A DNA stretch of 63,220 nt, filler included, from Octopus bimaculoides (Eukaryota): assembly GCF_001194135.2 (NCBI RefSeq). It is 6 parts of 5 records of this genome, joined end to end, with 100 filler letters (N's around TTAATTAATTAA, not from the genome) between each part and the next. Parts side by side here need not be neighbours in the genome. Positions count along the whole stretch, not along the records: positions 22,865 to 44,043 come from NC_069000.1; 5 more parts are not named here. One strand, written 5' to 3'. Numbering within the stretch: position 1 is the stretch's first letter; every line of letters begins with the position of its first letter. Both the position numbers and the translations under genes were made by a program. The notes under the pieces are model-generated. The model worked only from the letters and a program-made list of their open reading frames with translations, had not been told where the DNA came from and did not search any database. Positions 23,925 through 34,750 of this stretch are shown piece after piece.

Positions 23925-24490
23925 ATCATCATCATCATCATCATCATCGTTTAACGTCCGCTTTCCATGCTAGCATGGGTTGGACGATTTGACTGAGGAC
24001 TGGTGAAACCGGATGGCAACACCAGGCTCCAGTCTGATTTGGCAGAGTTTCTACAGCTGGATGCCCTTCCTAACGCCAACCACTCAGAGAGTGTAGTGGG
24101 TGCTTTTACGTGTCACCCGCACGAAAACGGCCACGCTCGAAATGGTGTCTTTTATGTGCCACCCGCACAAGAGNNNNNNNNNNNNNNNNNNNNNNNNNNN
24201 NNNNNNNNNNNNNNNNNNNNNNNNNNNNNNNNNNNNNNNNNNNNNNNNNNNNNNNNNNNNNNNNNNNNNNNNNNNNNNNNNNNNNNNNNNNNNNNNNNNN
24301 NNNNNNNNNNNNNNNNNNNNNNNNNNNNNNNNNNNNNNNNNNNNNNNNNNNNNNNNNNNNNNNNNTAGTCATCGCCTCGGTGAGGCCCAATGTACGAAGG
24401 TCTTGCCTCACCACCTCAGCCCAGGTCTTCCTGGGCCTACCTCTTCCACGGGTTCCCTCAACTGTTAGGGTATCTAGCCTAAATCTCTCA
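23925..24490 (-). mobile_element. 5'-truncated RTE LINE (ORF2 end, 3' UTR and (GAT)n tail; internal gap)
   Basis: TLTVEGTRGRGRPRKTWAEVVRQDLRTLGLTEAMT, followed after the gap by the RTE 3' end and a cat-repeat tail. Confidence 0.9.
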
Positions 24491-24499
24491 CATTCTTTG

Positions 24500-25431
24500 T
24501 TCACTAAACATTTTGCAGAGAATATCAACTGTGTCAGTGAAATTTATTGCAGATGCTTTTTTTTGGCAATATGAAGTTACTTTACTTCTCATGCTCTGCT
24601 GTCATTAGTTTTCTTAACACTAGATGTGTTTTCATTTCGTCCATCCAATCCTGATATTCTTTTTCAAAAATTTGTTGAAATCTTCAAAAGTAAGCCTCGA
24701 AGGTTACTCCTTCTTTAGGGTCATATTTGAATTCGCATATGGAATTTGCTACATGGTCAGGTGAAAATGTGTTCTCTGGTTTGCTTATTGACTTCATTAG
24801 GTGTAACATTTGCTGCTGCAATCCTTGTTGCTGTTCTCATTCCTTGAGTTGTTGTTGTTGCTGTTTTTGCAACTCAACTACCCCAGCTAACAAGTATTCC
24901 ATATTTTATGATTTTCGTAAGTTTGCACAAGACTTTCATTTCTTTTTTGTCGAGGCATCTAATTTTCCATGTGAATTAGTTTAAACTCTCCATGTAAGTG
25001 TTTTCTTTTGTTCACTCCACAAATTTGGTTTTCCTCATCACCATTGTTATAAAGTGGTCTTTTGCCACTGTTGTATCTATCTTTTGATGATGGTTGTCAC
25101 TCAGACAGATATTGTTATATTCCAAACTCGTCAATAGAATGGTTCTATCTGATACTGTACGACCCCCAGTCATACAGTGTTATTATCCTCAACAAGTTGG
25201 GTAGTTATAACGTCCACTCAGTATCATAGTATAATTACTATATCAGCACAGACATGACTAAAAGAAAATACAGGAGGATCAGTTAATTATGATTTTATTG
25301 AACATATTCCCCTTTCAGATTCACACACTTATTGCAGCAGTCCTTCGGTTTTTCTAAGCCTCAGAAGGTTTTGCCTCCAACCAGGCTTTTCACGATACCC
25401 TTAAATCCAGGAACTTTTCAGTGAAACCACA
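24500..25431 (-). mobile_element. Decayed Ty3/Gypsy LTR retrotransposon: putative 5' LTR (25045 to ~25431), PBS (25032-25043) and gag fragment (~24500-24910)
   Basis: gag-like FSPDHVANSICEFKYDPKEGVTFEAYF*RF...KTHLVLRKLMTAEHEK*SNFILPKK..FTDTVDILCKMF. The LTR ends ...TAACA followed by aTGGTGATGAGGA, a PBS. The far LTR boundary is tentative. Confidence 0.75.
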
Positions 25432-25499
25432 TGTAATAGTTTCACTGGTGGGTGGGTATGTGGGTGGTTGTTGCTTAAGCTCAGCTTTACAGAAAAGAG

Positions 25500-25797
25500 A
25501 ACCACATTAGATTATGTAATTCTCACATGATCACGTGACTGACCAGGCTATGATGTTGTTACACATTGCTGGTCACAGTGCACTTTTGCATTGTTTTAAC
25601 CTTCAAATAATGCCACCCTGCTGGCTAGGCAGGCAAGCTGGCCAATATCCCCTGCCTCTGTTCAATCGAAGGGGACTGGAACAATATAAAATGGAGTGGT
25701 TTGCTCAAAAACACAATGCACTTCCCAGTCAGGGAATCAAACCCATGATCTGGCGATCATTAGTGCAACAGCCTAACCACTAAGCCACTTGCCTTCA
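25500..25797 (-). mobile_element. SINE family D, CpG-decayed
   Basis: Reverse-complement similarity to 8095-8322. Confidence 0.6.
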
Positions 25798-25984
25798 CAT
25801 GTATAATTCTAGATGTACTAAAATAAGATTTGACAGTTATAGCTGGAACATAATCTGATCTGTGATGATGATATTCAATTGGTTCCAATAACATTACATG
25901 GTGTCATGTAGCTTCAGTGTCCACACTCCTGCATATTCAGACTTTGTTGTTTATTCTCTTGGTAAGTATATTCTAATGTTCTTT

Positions 25985-26195
25985 AACTTTTTAGCATTAA
26001 AACTGGCCATATCCAGCCAAAATATTCTACCTGTTTTATGTTCAAACTAATCAAAGATGGACTCTTACCAACAACATTCAAAAAATTAAGCTATCTCAAC
26101 AAAATCTCAAAGCTATGAGATAATGCATGATTAATTAAAAACATTGTGAATAAATAGGCATTATCTTTCATAGAATAATGTGAATGCTAAAGAAT
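25985..26195 (+). mobile_element. piggyBac-type MITE family 1, decayed
   Basis: Similar along its length to 42980-43197. Confidence 0.6.
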
Positions 26196-27049
26196 GAATT
26201 CCAAATCTCAAAGTATTGATGGAGGCGGGTTTGATAACGAGGTGGGATAAGAAATCTCTTTCTTCTTTACCTCATTTCTAAACCTTTCTTCAAAAATGTT
26301 AGTTACCCTAAGTTTAGTTCTTCAAGTCTCTAAGGTATTTATTTACCTTCATTATCATCACTTAATGTCAGTTTTCCATGCTAGCATGGGTAAGATACTT
26401 TGACTGGGGCTAATAAGCCAGAGAGCTACACCAGGCTCCAGTCTGTTTTGGGTTGATTTCTACATCTGGATGCCCACCACTCCACAGAGTGTACAGGCTG
26501 CTTTTTACATGTCACCAGCACTGGCCTCAACTACGATTTCACTCAGCTTGGCATGTCTTCTCAAGCACAGCAAACTGCCAAAGGTTTTGGTCACTTTCCC
26601 TTATTTTAGTCAAATATCTGCAGAGGATAGCATTAATCTTGAACGTTACACCTACTGATGCTTGTAATTGTTGCTCCCAAACATTGCTGTTAAACATTAC
26701 ATCAAACTAATAATAAAAAAAATACAGTTGGATAATGTAGTTTTGGGTGAATTGTCTGAAAATAACAAGGGATGTTTAAAGTTAGAATTTCTTTGTTCAG
26801 AATTGAGATGAAGCTAAACAACAACTCATGAATGGTGTGGATCTAATTTTTATATATTGTTTGTCCGTATTTAGACTTCAGTATCCGACCCTTTCAAATA
26901 TACTTCTTTACATTAGATTATAGAGTTTGTTCTTCCACTTTGTACTTTGTGTGGATGCTGCTTTTGATGTTTTATGTGATCCTTTATATGCCTATGGCAG
27001 ATCTATTGTTTGTAAACAGTTTTACAGGTGCACATGGCTATTGTCAGCA

Positions 27050-27081
<32 letters not shown>

Positions 27082-27544
27082 ACGTCAGTCATTCCTTTGT
27101 TAACAAACTATAATATTCCCTGTCTCCTTTGTGTGTCTTTTGTATACAAAAAATATATGGGTTTTTTGGTGCTGCCATGGAGAGTTACAAGCTTTCTGTG
27201 AAGTCACATTATCATTGCTCACAACAACAGAAGGTAGATAATAAACTCAAAGAAGCTAACGTGCTATGAGTTCATAAGGCCTTACTCATTTTATGTGTAC
27301 AGGATGAATTTCATTTTTTTTTAAATTTCGCATATATATGTGTGTATAGATGTACATGTATAAATATGTGTATGTATTTATATACATTTATATTTGTGTG
27401 TATACACACATATCATCATCATAAAAATGATAGAAAGATAAGAAGGTACCAAATAGCTAAAATGGATAGCAAATGGATACTTACTAGATATAAAATAGCC
27501 AAAAGGCCCTGATGTAGACATGCATTACATATCCAAGATTCTAT

Positions 27545-28230
27545 CACTTTTCTCTTGTGTACTACATCTTATATCCTGTTTTTGTCTCGGCTCATTATCA
27601 CTGCTCCATGCACATTAACATTACATGTCCATTAAAACATGCTTGCTTCATTTTTTCCCCAATATTAGTAAATTCACTGCATTCTATGACTTGCAAGCTT
27701 TCAGCATCACACTCTGCACACAAGCGTCATAGAATCTGCCCTTCTCTTTGACAGAGAAGCCCTTTTCTGTAAGCAGAGGTACATATCCGAAATTTTTCCA
27801 ACTCATTCTTACTATCGCTACTGTGATTTTCCAAACACCATCTCTACTGCTAATTAGATCACCTATATAAAAGAAACTATCGACTGCATTTGAGAGAATC
27901 TATTTGTCACATGCTCTTAGTACTCATTGCCTTTGTCCATCAACAACCACATATGAAGTCTATCTTTTCTATTAGCCTGTGGTCCCACTAACCTCTTATA
28001 CATCCATTATTTATACTGGGTACATGTTATGGTATTTTTGCCTACTCCTTTTCTGCATACCAAGCTTGGTCATTTCGTTGACGATAGCAAGGTCCTGTTT
28101 TCTATTCTATATAGCAAAACTTAAAACTTTTTCTAAGTTTCAGGCCTTTCAACACCAGCTTTTGCTATCATGTCTGGAATTTCTTCAGTACCCTGTACAC
28201 TTCCTTACAGTCCTCCTGCAGATATTAAGG
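27545..28230 (-). mobile_element. Decayed RTE LINE reverse-transcriptase / zinc-finger region
   Basis: Stop- and frameshift-ridden minus-strand similarity to RTE ORF2 (zinc-finger-like and FxYLGD-like segments). Confidence 0.55.
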
Positions 28231-28924
28231 GACCATGATGAGTGATAGCATGTGGTGCTGGGGAAGGCCAGCCCACCTGTTTAGGCATGATAGAATAATT
28301 GTTAAAATGGTGGTGATGGAGTTTAAGATATGTAATATATTTTCAGTTGGATCCCACACTCATGATATCCAGTCAAGTCTACAACTACTGCTTTCATTAT
28401 TGTCTCATCTAACATTCTCCTTCTTTCATATTCACTCTTCCATTCTGCTTTGATATTGAGGGATAGCATTTGATCTGCCCATGTTCAATTTTCTATATCA
28501 ACACCTGTTATCACTTTACGTCTCTTCCATTGCAATAGCTGTGTAACATGGAATGGCATTAGAACTGTTCATATTTAATACTCTCTACTATCACTACTTT
28601 CACTCTAAATTGTATGGTGTTGGGGAGTGCATCTAACTTTAGAAACAATACCAAATGGAAATCAAAAAAACATTACATGGTCTGTTGAGTCATCTAGTAG
28701 ATTAGTAGATTCTGAATAAGAACTGATTTGGACCATGACAATCTATGCAATTCAGAATGATAGAAAGGTATATAAACATTTTATTATGCAATCATATTTC
28801 TTTTACATGCATTCTTTACATATATTTATTTGCATACAACTGTGTCTCTGTATTTTGAATGGTGTCTATTTACACATACTTAGACATGTGCTTTGTATCT
28901 TTTACACACATAATTGATTAATGT

Positions 28925-29229
28925 ACAGCTGTGTGGTTAAAAAAATTCACTTCCCAACCACATGGTTTCAGTTTTAGTCTCTCTTCACACCACTTTCTAC
29001 TGTTGCACTATTGTCCATTAAAACCTTGGGAGTGGATTTGGTAGATGTAAATTAAAAGAAACCTGTCGTGTGTGTGAGTGTGTATGTGCATAGGTAGATT
29101 TGTGTTAGTATGTCATAGCTGTAAATGAGTAGCATTGTCATACAAGCAGTGTCCTTCATTTCCAATCTCCTGTGAGAACATGTCCAGCCATGGGTAGCTA
29201 TTATCTTGCTTGTAAACAGATGGTTGGCC
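28925..29229 (+). mobile_element. SINE family B-related copy, 3'-interrupted by the Penelope-like element
   Basis: Head gctgtgtggttaaaaaaattcacttcccaaccacatgg; body gatttggtagatg..aaagaaacctgtcgtg. Confidence 0.7.
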
Positions 29230-29236
29230 ATTTTGC

Positions 29237-30600
29237 TATAGAAAATATACTTCCATGCCGGAAGAGATACCTTGACGATTGCTTTATAATCTGGACAAAA
29301 TCTCAAAACACTGTGGAAGAATTCAACATCCTCCTGAACAACCTACACCCATCCATCCAATTTACAAAGGAGATGAGCAGTACCAAATTACCATTTCTAG
29401 ATATAATGGTAGTTAAAAAGAACACCGCCATTACCACAGATATATATTATAAACACACAGATACACACCAATACCTGAATTTTAAATCGTGCCATCCACC
29501 ACATACAAAACGTAACATCCCATACTGCTTAGCCAGAAGAATCTGTACTATTGTAGAGGATCTAAAGATCAGAAATCAGCGCCTGGTGGAACTGAAAGAA
29601 TTTCTGCTCAAACAAAAATACCATTCACTACTTATAGAAAATGGTATTCAGCAGGCTTCGAAAATACCCATACAACAACTGAGGACACCACAAAGAAGAG
29701 AAAAACAAGAACAAATCATGCCATTTATAGTGATACACAATCCATGCCACCAGAACATCTTTAATATCGCTAAAGCAAACCTACCAATCATTACACAAAG
29801 TAAGGAATTGAGAAATATTGTTACAGATCAAACTATAACTCTCAGTAAGAGACAGCTTAAAAACTTGAAAAAGCTATTAACAAAGGCAAGGTTTGACCTC
29901 AGCAACAAAAATCAAACATTCACTGTGTCTAAATGCAATGATAGCCGATGCGGTATATGCCAATTAATTCATACCGGCCCATATATGAACATAAAAACAG
30001 GGAAAATATTCACAAACGCGAACATGAACTGCAAAAGTAGAAATCTAATCTACTGCATCAAATGCCCTAATTGTGAAGAACTGTACGTTGGCCAGACAGG
30101 TAATGCACCATCGGAACGCTCACGGGTGCATCGAAAACAGATTAAAAACCCAGAAGTCCGCCAAATACCACTGAGTAACCATCTGGCAACATGTGGTCAT
30201 CAAACTTTTATTATTTTTCCATTCCATAAACTTTACAACTGGAATAAAATTGAGACAAAATGCAAAGAAAAGGTCTTTATTAAGAAATCCAAACCCACTC
30301 TTAACAAACAATGATTAAATTTATCTTGGGGTTTAAAAATCTTATCCCTATAACTAAAACACAAAAAATCTCTCAAATATCATCATTTCTAAAAGTAAAC
30401 ATTGAAAAATGGTTTGGCATCATTTCTAAAAATAGCCAAACAACTATTACTGCTGTCCACAGGAATGTATATGAAAGACAAAAGACAGCCAATCAACTAC
30501 AGTTGAAACATTTCTGTCACATGGGACCTTGAAGATTGTTAGAAAGCAGGAAAGTATACTAGTCCTTCAATATTTAATATTCAATATTTCATTTATTCAA
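29237..30600 (+). mobile_element. 5'-truncated Penelope-like element (RT C-terminus/thumb plus GIY-YIG endonuclease); open frame 29172-30314
   Basis: RYLDDCFIIW, LPFLDI, DIYYKHTDTHQYL...SCHPPHTKRNIP, CxxxxCxxC and LIYCIKCPNC..LYVGQT, with no internal stop over 380 codons. Confidence 0.95.
30523..30566 (+). ncRNA. Candidate minimal type I hammerhead-like ribozyme in the Penelope terminal region
   Basis: gggac-cttgaaga-ttgtt.agaa.agcag-gaaa-gtatac-ta-gtcct: stem I gggac/gtcct, stem II of 5 bp, GAAA, palindromic stem III AGTATACT, CUA cleavage triplet. The core has one extra U compared with CUGANGA. Confidence 0.55.
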
Positions 30601-31039
30601 TAAGACATTCAATACTTCATTTCATTTTACTATATATACTATACACTCCATATTCTATATCCCACATTAATTTTATAAGAATATAAATAAAACATAAAGA
30701 AACGGACAGAGTTGGAATTCTTTTGAATAATATATTCCTCTATACACTATCATACAAACACCTTTTTTATTTATATATATACACAAACACTCACACTCAT
30801 ATAGTGGGAATATTCTATTCAAACTATTGTGATTTGTTTGGTGGTAGTAGTAATAATACTAATAATATCAATAATAATAATAATAGTGGATGTAGAAAAC
30901 TCACTCATACAAACTTATCTGCTTCAATTACAAATTCACCTTTTCTCAATCATCATGCCCCTCCCCTTTAACACATACACACACACATATTACTCTTTTA
31001 TTGGTATCACATTAAAAGCACTCATACTGGTACCCATGC

Positions 31040-31270
31040 AGGTGCCACGTAAAAAACGCCCGTGTAAGTACCACGTTGAAGCACCCATGCTGGCGTCACA
31101 TTAAAAGTACCCAGTATACTCTGTAAAGTGGTGGACATTAGGAAGGGCACCTAGCCATAGAAACTAATCCACAATAGACAAATGGAGTCTGGACAGCTCT
31201 CCAACTGGCAGTTCCTGTCAAACTGTCCAATCCGAATCAGCATGGAAAGTGAACATCACATCATCATCAT
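31040..31270 (+). mobile_element. RTE-type 3' end, diverged, with (CAT)n tail
   Basis: Reverse-complement similarity to the RTE 3' ends (taggaagggca..ccatagaaac..agcatggaaagtgaac). Confidence 0.6.
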
Positions 31271-31344
31271 GGTTTTGATGGAGCTTAACAAACCACTTAA
31301 AATTGATTTTACTCCACCCACTATCATTATTATTGTTATGATTA

Positions 31345-31474
31345 TTCCACCGAGGTTGACTTTGCCTTTCATCCTTTCGGGGTCGATAAATTAAGTACCA
31401 GTTGAGTACTGGGGTTGATGTAATCGACTATCCCCTTCCACCAAATTTCAGGCCTTGTGCCTATTGTAGAAAGG

Positions 31475-31476
<2 letters not shown>
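31345..31476 (+). mobile_element. SINE family A 3' part, ending in (TTA)n
   Basis: Core and tail followed by (TTA)n at 31476-31525. Confidence 0.85.
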
Positions 31477-31525
<49 letters not shown>

Positions 31526-31528
<3 letters not shown>

Positions 31529-31810
31529 TAGTTTTATTTTTATAACGTGCTTTCACTTCACTACCGAGCGCAGCTCTGTGTGCCTTGGGTATGTGCTGTG
31601 GTTTGCTGTGATGCTCTTATGGTTACTGTATTGAAAGTGTTTTGCATAGGATGTGTGCAGTGCCCAGTAGTTCAATTTTCTGTATGTTATATATATTTGT
31701 AAGTGCTGGTGTTTTTGTTATGTATTTGTCTGAATTATTTTTTTATTATACCTAAGGCACCTACTATGATAGGAATTGTTTCTGTTTTTAGATTCCACAT
31801 TCGAGTTACC
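31526..31810 (-). mobile_element. Dong/R4-clade 3' terminal fragment embedded in (TAA)n
   Basis: Minus strand VTRMWNLKTETIPIIVGALGIIKK/..YNIQKIELLGTAHILCKTLSIQ*, followed by a 3' UTR; TAA repeats on both flanks. Confidence 0.88.
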
Positions 31811-31837
31811 TTATTATTGTTATTATTATTATTATCA

Positions 31838-32055
31838 AGGTGGTGAGCTGGCGGAGTCGTTAGCGTGCCAGGCAAAGTGCTTAGTGACATTTCATTTGTT
31901 TTCATGTTCTGAGTTCAAATTCTGCCATGGTCGACTTTGTCTTTCATCTTTGCAGGGTCGATTAAAAAAAGTACCAATGAGCACATGGGGTTGATGTAAT
32001 CGACTTATCCCCCTCCCCAAAAGTTTCAGGCCTTGTGCCTATAGTAGAAAGGATT
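31838..32055 (+). mobile_element. SINE family A, full length, CpG-decayed
   Basis: Head ggtggtgagctggcggagtcgttagc, core and tail. Confidence 0.85.
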
Positions 32056-33040
32056 ATTATCATCATCATCAGCCCCCTACAGCTGTTACTGCCACCACAA
32101 CTATCACATTCACAGGCAACCAGTCACCACTACCATTGCCATTATACCCCATCACCATTACTGTCACCACCACCACCACCTTTACTGCTGCTATTACTGC
32201 CATCATCTCTCTTACTTCCACTCCTATTTCTACTACAATTACCACCACTACCACCTCCATTGCCATCATCACACCTCCCACTCCTTTTCCAGAGTATGTA
32301 TGTGTGTGTGTGTGTGTATAATAAATGTATATATGTATACTGCACTTTCCTTAAACTTATAACTAGTTCAGTTCTGAGAGCAGTGTGTCTCTATCACATA
32401 AAAGCAATTCAGTCAGCCCACAGGTAAAGTCCCATTTTCTTATTCATGTTTTCAAACGTTTTCTTAATATAGTTTTATTTTATATATTAATAATAAATTT
32501 CTTTAGATTGATTTCTTTTGATTCTGCAGTGAGTTGGTTTCAGGAGATGGGGAGGAACAAGTTTTATACCTAATTTTAGTTTTCTTTTTTTTTTTTTTCC
32601 CCCCACATTTTTGGGATGTAGGGGATAAAAATGCATCCAGCATGTCACTGGTATTTTTTTTTTTATTCTGCTTTTTTTTTTCCCATCTCACATTAGAAAT
32701 TAGAAAGCCAAACAGAGAGCAAAGTGGACACTGGAAGTGATGAGATGAGATTTGAACTTAGAATATACGGAGAAGTACTCAACTAGTTCGGGGCTCTGTC
32801 TGTGTTCATTTATGTGTACTTCTGTGTCTGTGAACTGTCAATCTACATGTAATTCATTAAGTACAGACTGGCATGTGTACGTGGGTAAGAAGCTTACTTC
32901 ATACCCACATGATACCAGTTTCAATTCCCTTGTACAATCCCTTAAGGGCAATGTGTCTTTTACTTTAGCCTTGAGTTGACTAGTGGAAGATGGAAACTGG
33001 GAAAGCTCTTTGTGTATGTATCAGTACGTATGTGTGTATG

Positions 33041-33086
<46 letters not shown>

Positions 33087-33667
33087 GTGTTAATGTATGT
33101 GAGTGCATATAGATATGTATGTGTATGTGAGTGCATCTGAATATGTGTGTGTATGTGAGTGTATCTAAATATGTATGTAGATATGCCTGTATATGTGTGT
33201 ATCTATATTTATGTATGTCAGCAAAAGATACATACACATTAATGAAAACATTTTCAGTCACCTGTGTTGTCAGGTGAAAGTACTTTGTAGTATTTACTTC
33301 ACTCATATTGCACAAGCATTCTCTCATCATTTTTCTTATCATTAATGCAGTGAACCAATGACTACCAACAATGCAAATTGTTCACAAAATGTGTGATAAA
33401 GAATTTTTTAAAATGTTTAATTTATCAATTAATTCACACAATGCAAATCAGAAGGGCATGCCAGGTGATAACGATTGTAATTACGGACTCCTGAGTTAAT
33501 GAGCTAGACGCACTCGACTCATCTTTATTTCACTATTGACTCATATCTTGGTGAGTTCCACACTAAGCATATTATTATGTCCTTGGGCAATACACTTTAT
33601 TCCACATTGCCTCTCTCTTTTTGGCTAGAAGAATAGATACCAGACTTTTTAAAAACTCTTTCGCATT

Positions 33668-34086
33668 TAACTATTTAGCATCAGCTTATTCTTTCAAATT
33701 TAATGTTTATTTATTTGAATTAATCCTGTGTTATTTCATAGCACTGATGGTATGATTGTTTAGTTTTTGAATGACATTGTAGGCTAGGTGTGAGAAGTCA
33801 GGTCTCGCCAGTTTGAACATAAAACACATGGAATTTTGGGGCTTGATATGGCCAGTTTAAATGCTGAAGGTTTAAACCAGTTGTATGCTACCCAGATATT
33901 CTTTCTTTTTTTTATTTTTATGTTTAAAACAGTTAGATCTGGCTTCTCACATTTACTTTACAATGTCATTCTAAAAATGAACACATGGTCAAAATTGTGA
34001 AACTACAAGATAAGGCATGATTAATTCAAAACAATGTGTATAAATAAGCATTACATTTGACTGGGTAATCTGAATATTAAAGGATT
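33668..34086. mobile_element. Two piggyBac-type MITE family 1 copies in inverted orientation (33668-33875 minus; 33890-34086 plus)
   Basis: Both align by eye to 42980-43197; outer ends ttaact.ttagca and aaggattaa. Confidence 0.65.
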
Positions 34087-34574
34087 AAGAGAAGGAGGTC
34101 TAACTTTTGTGATGTTAATATCTTATCCATGTGATATATTTGTTTTGCTTTTTATTTTTGTAATAAGTTAGTTTGAGGAGAATGACAGTGTACATGCCCA
34201 CAATCTTATCAGCATTATCTTCTACAGGCAAGTGAAATTACTGCACCTGATGCCCAACTTTGGCTACATTAATCTCATGTGCAGGTTAATGTCTGGATTG
34301 CATAATATCATAATATACAATCTGTGAATTGATACTCTTGGCATCTCTTTGCAATTTATAGTTGGAGCGAGAAAATGAAAAACTAAGCAAAGACAAGGAC
34401 AAAATATTGTAACAGGTTGCTCTTACTAGGTGTGTATAGCTGAAGTGAATCTAGAGAGTTGATCTCTTGATTTATTTGGATTTATTGACAGGAATTAAAA
34501 TTTCTTTCGCTTTAAAGGTACCGTCAATAGTTTAAAGTGGCCAAAGACTTTTGCGTAGTACTGTATATAAATGT

Positions 34575-34750
34575 TTACCATTTTGCAAACTATCCTTGTC
34601 CTAACTGTGATCTTGCAGCCAAGTCAAATGCTGGCTTAACTAGCCATTTTCATGTAAAGGTTGCTCAAAATAGTATTCATTTGACACATTATCTGTGTTC
34701 TCCTCTGTGAAACAACCACGGGTCTAAAGATACACGAGTCATCATCATGT
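34575..34750 (+). mobile_element. Decayed LINE 3' end with a C2H2-like finger
   Basis: YPCPNCDLAAKSNAGLTSHFH followed by a catcatcat tail. Confidence 0.45.

Noticed and set aside
32035-32427. Pro/Thr/His-rich ORFs resembling mucin or His-rich proteins (also 53906-54233, 57721-57993, 44809-45212)
   Set aside because: Compound trinucleotide microsatellites or RTE tails with no splice-supported exon structure.
34250-34306. Plus-strand AG..GT-bounded segment encoding QVKLLHLMPNFGYINLMC
   Set aside because: Weak donor (gttaat), no recognisable homology and no partner exons.
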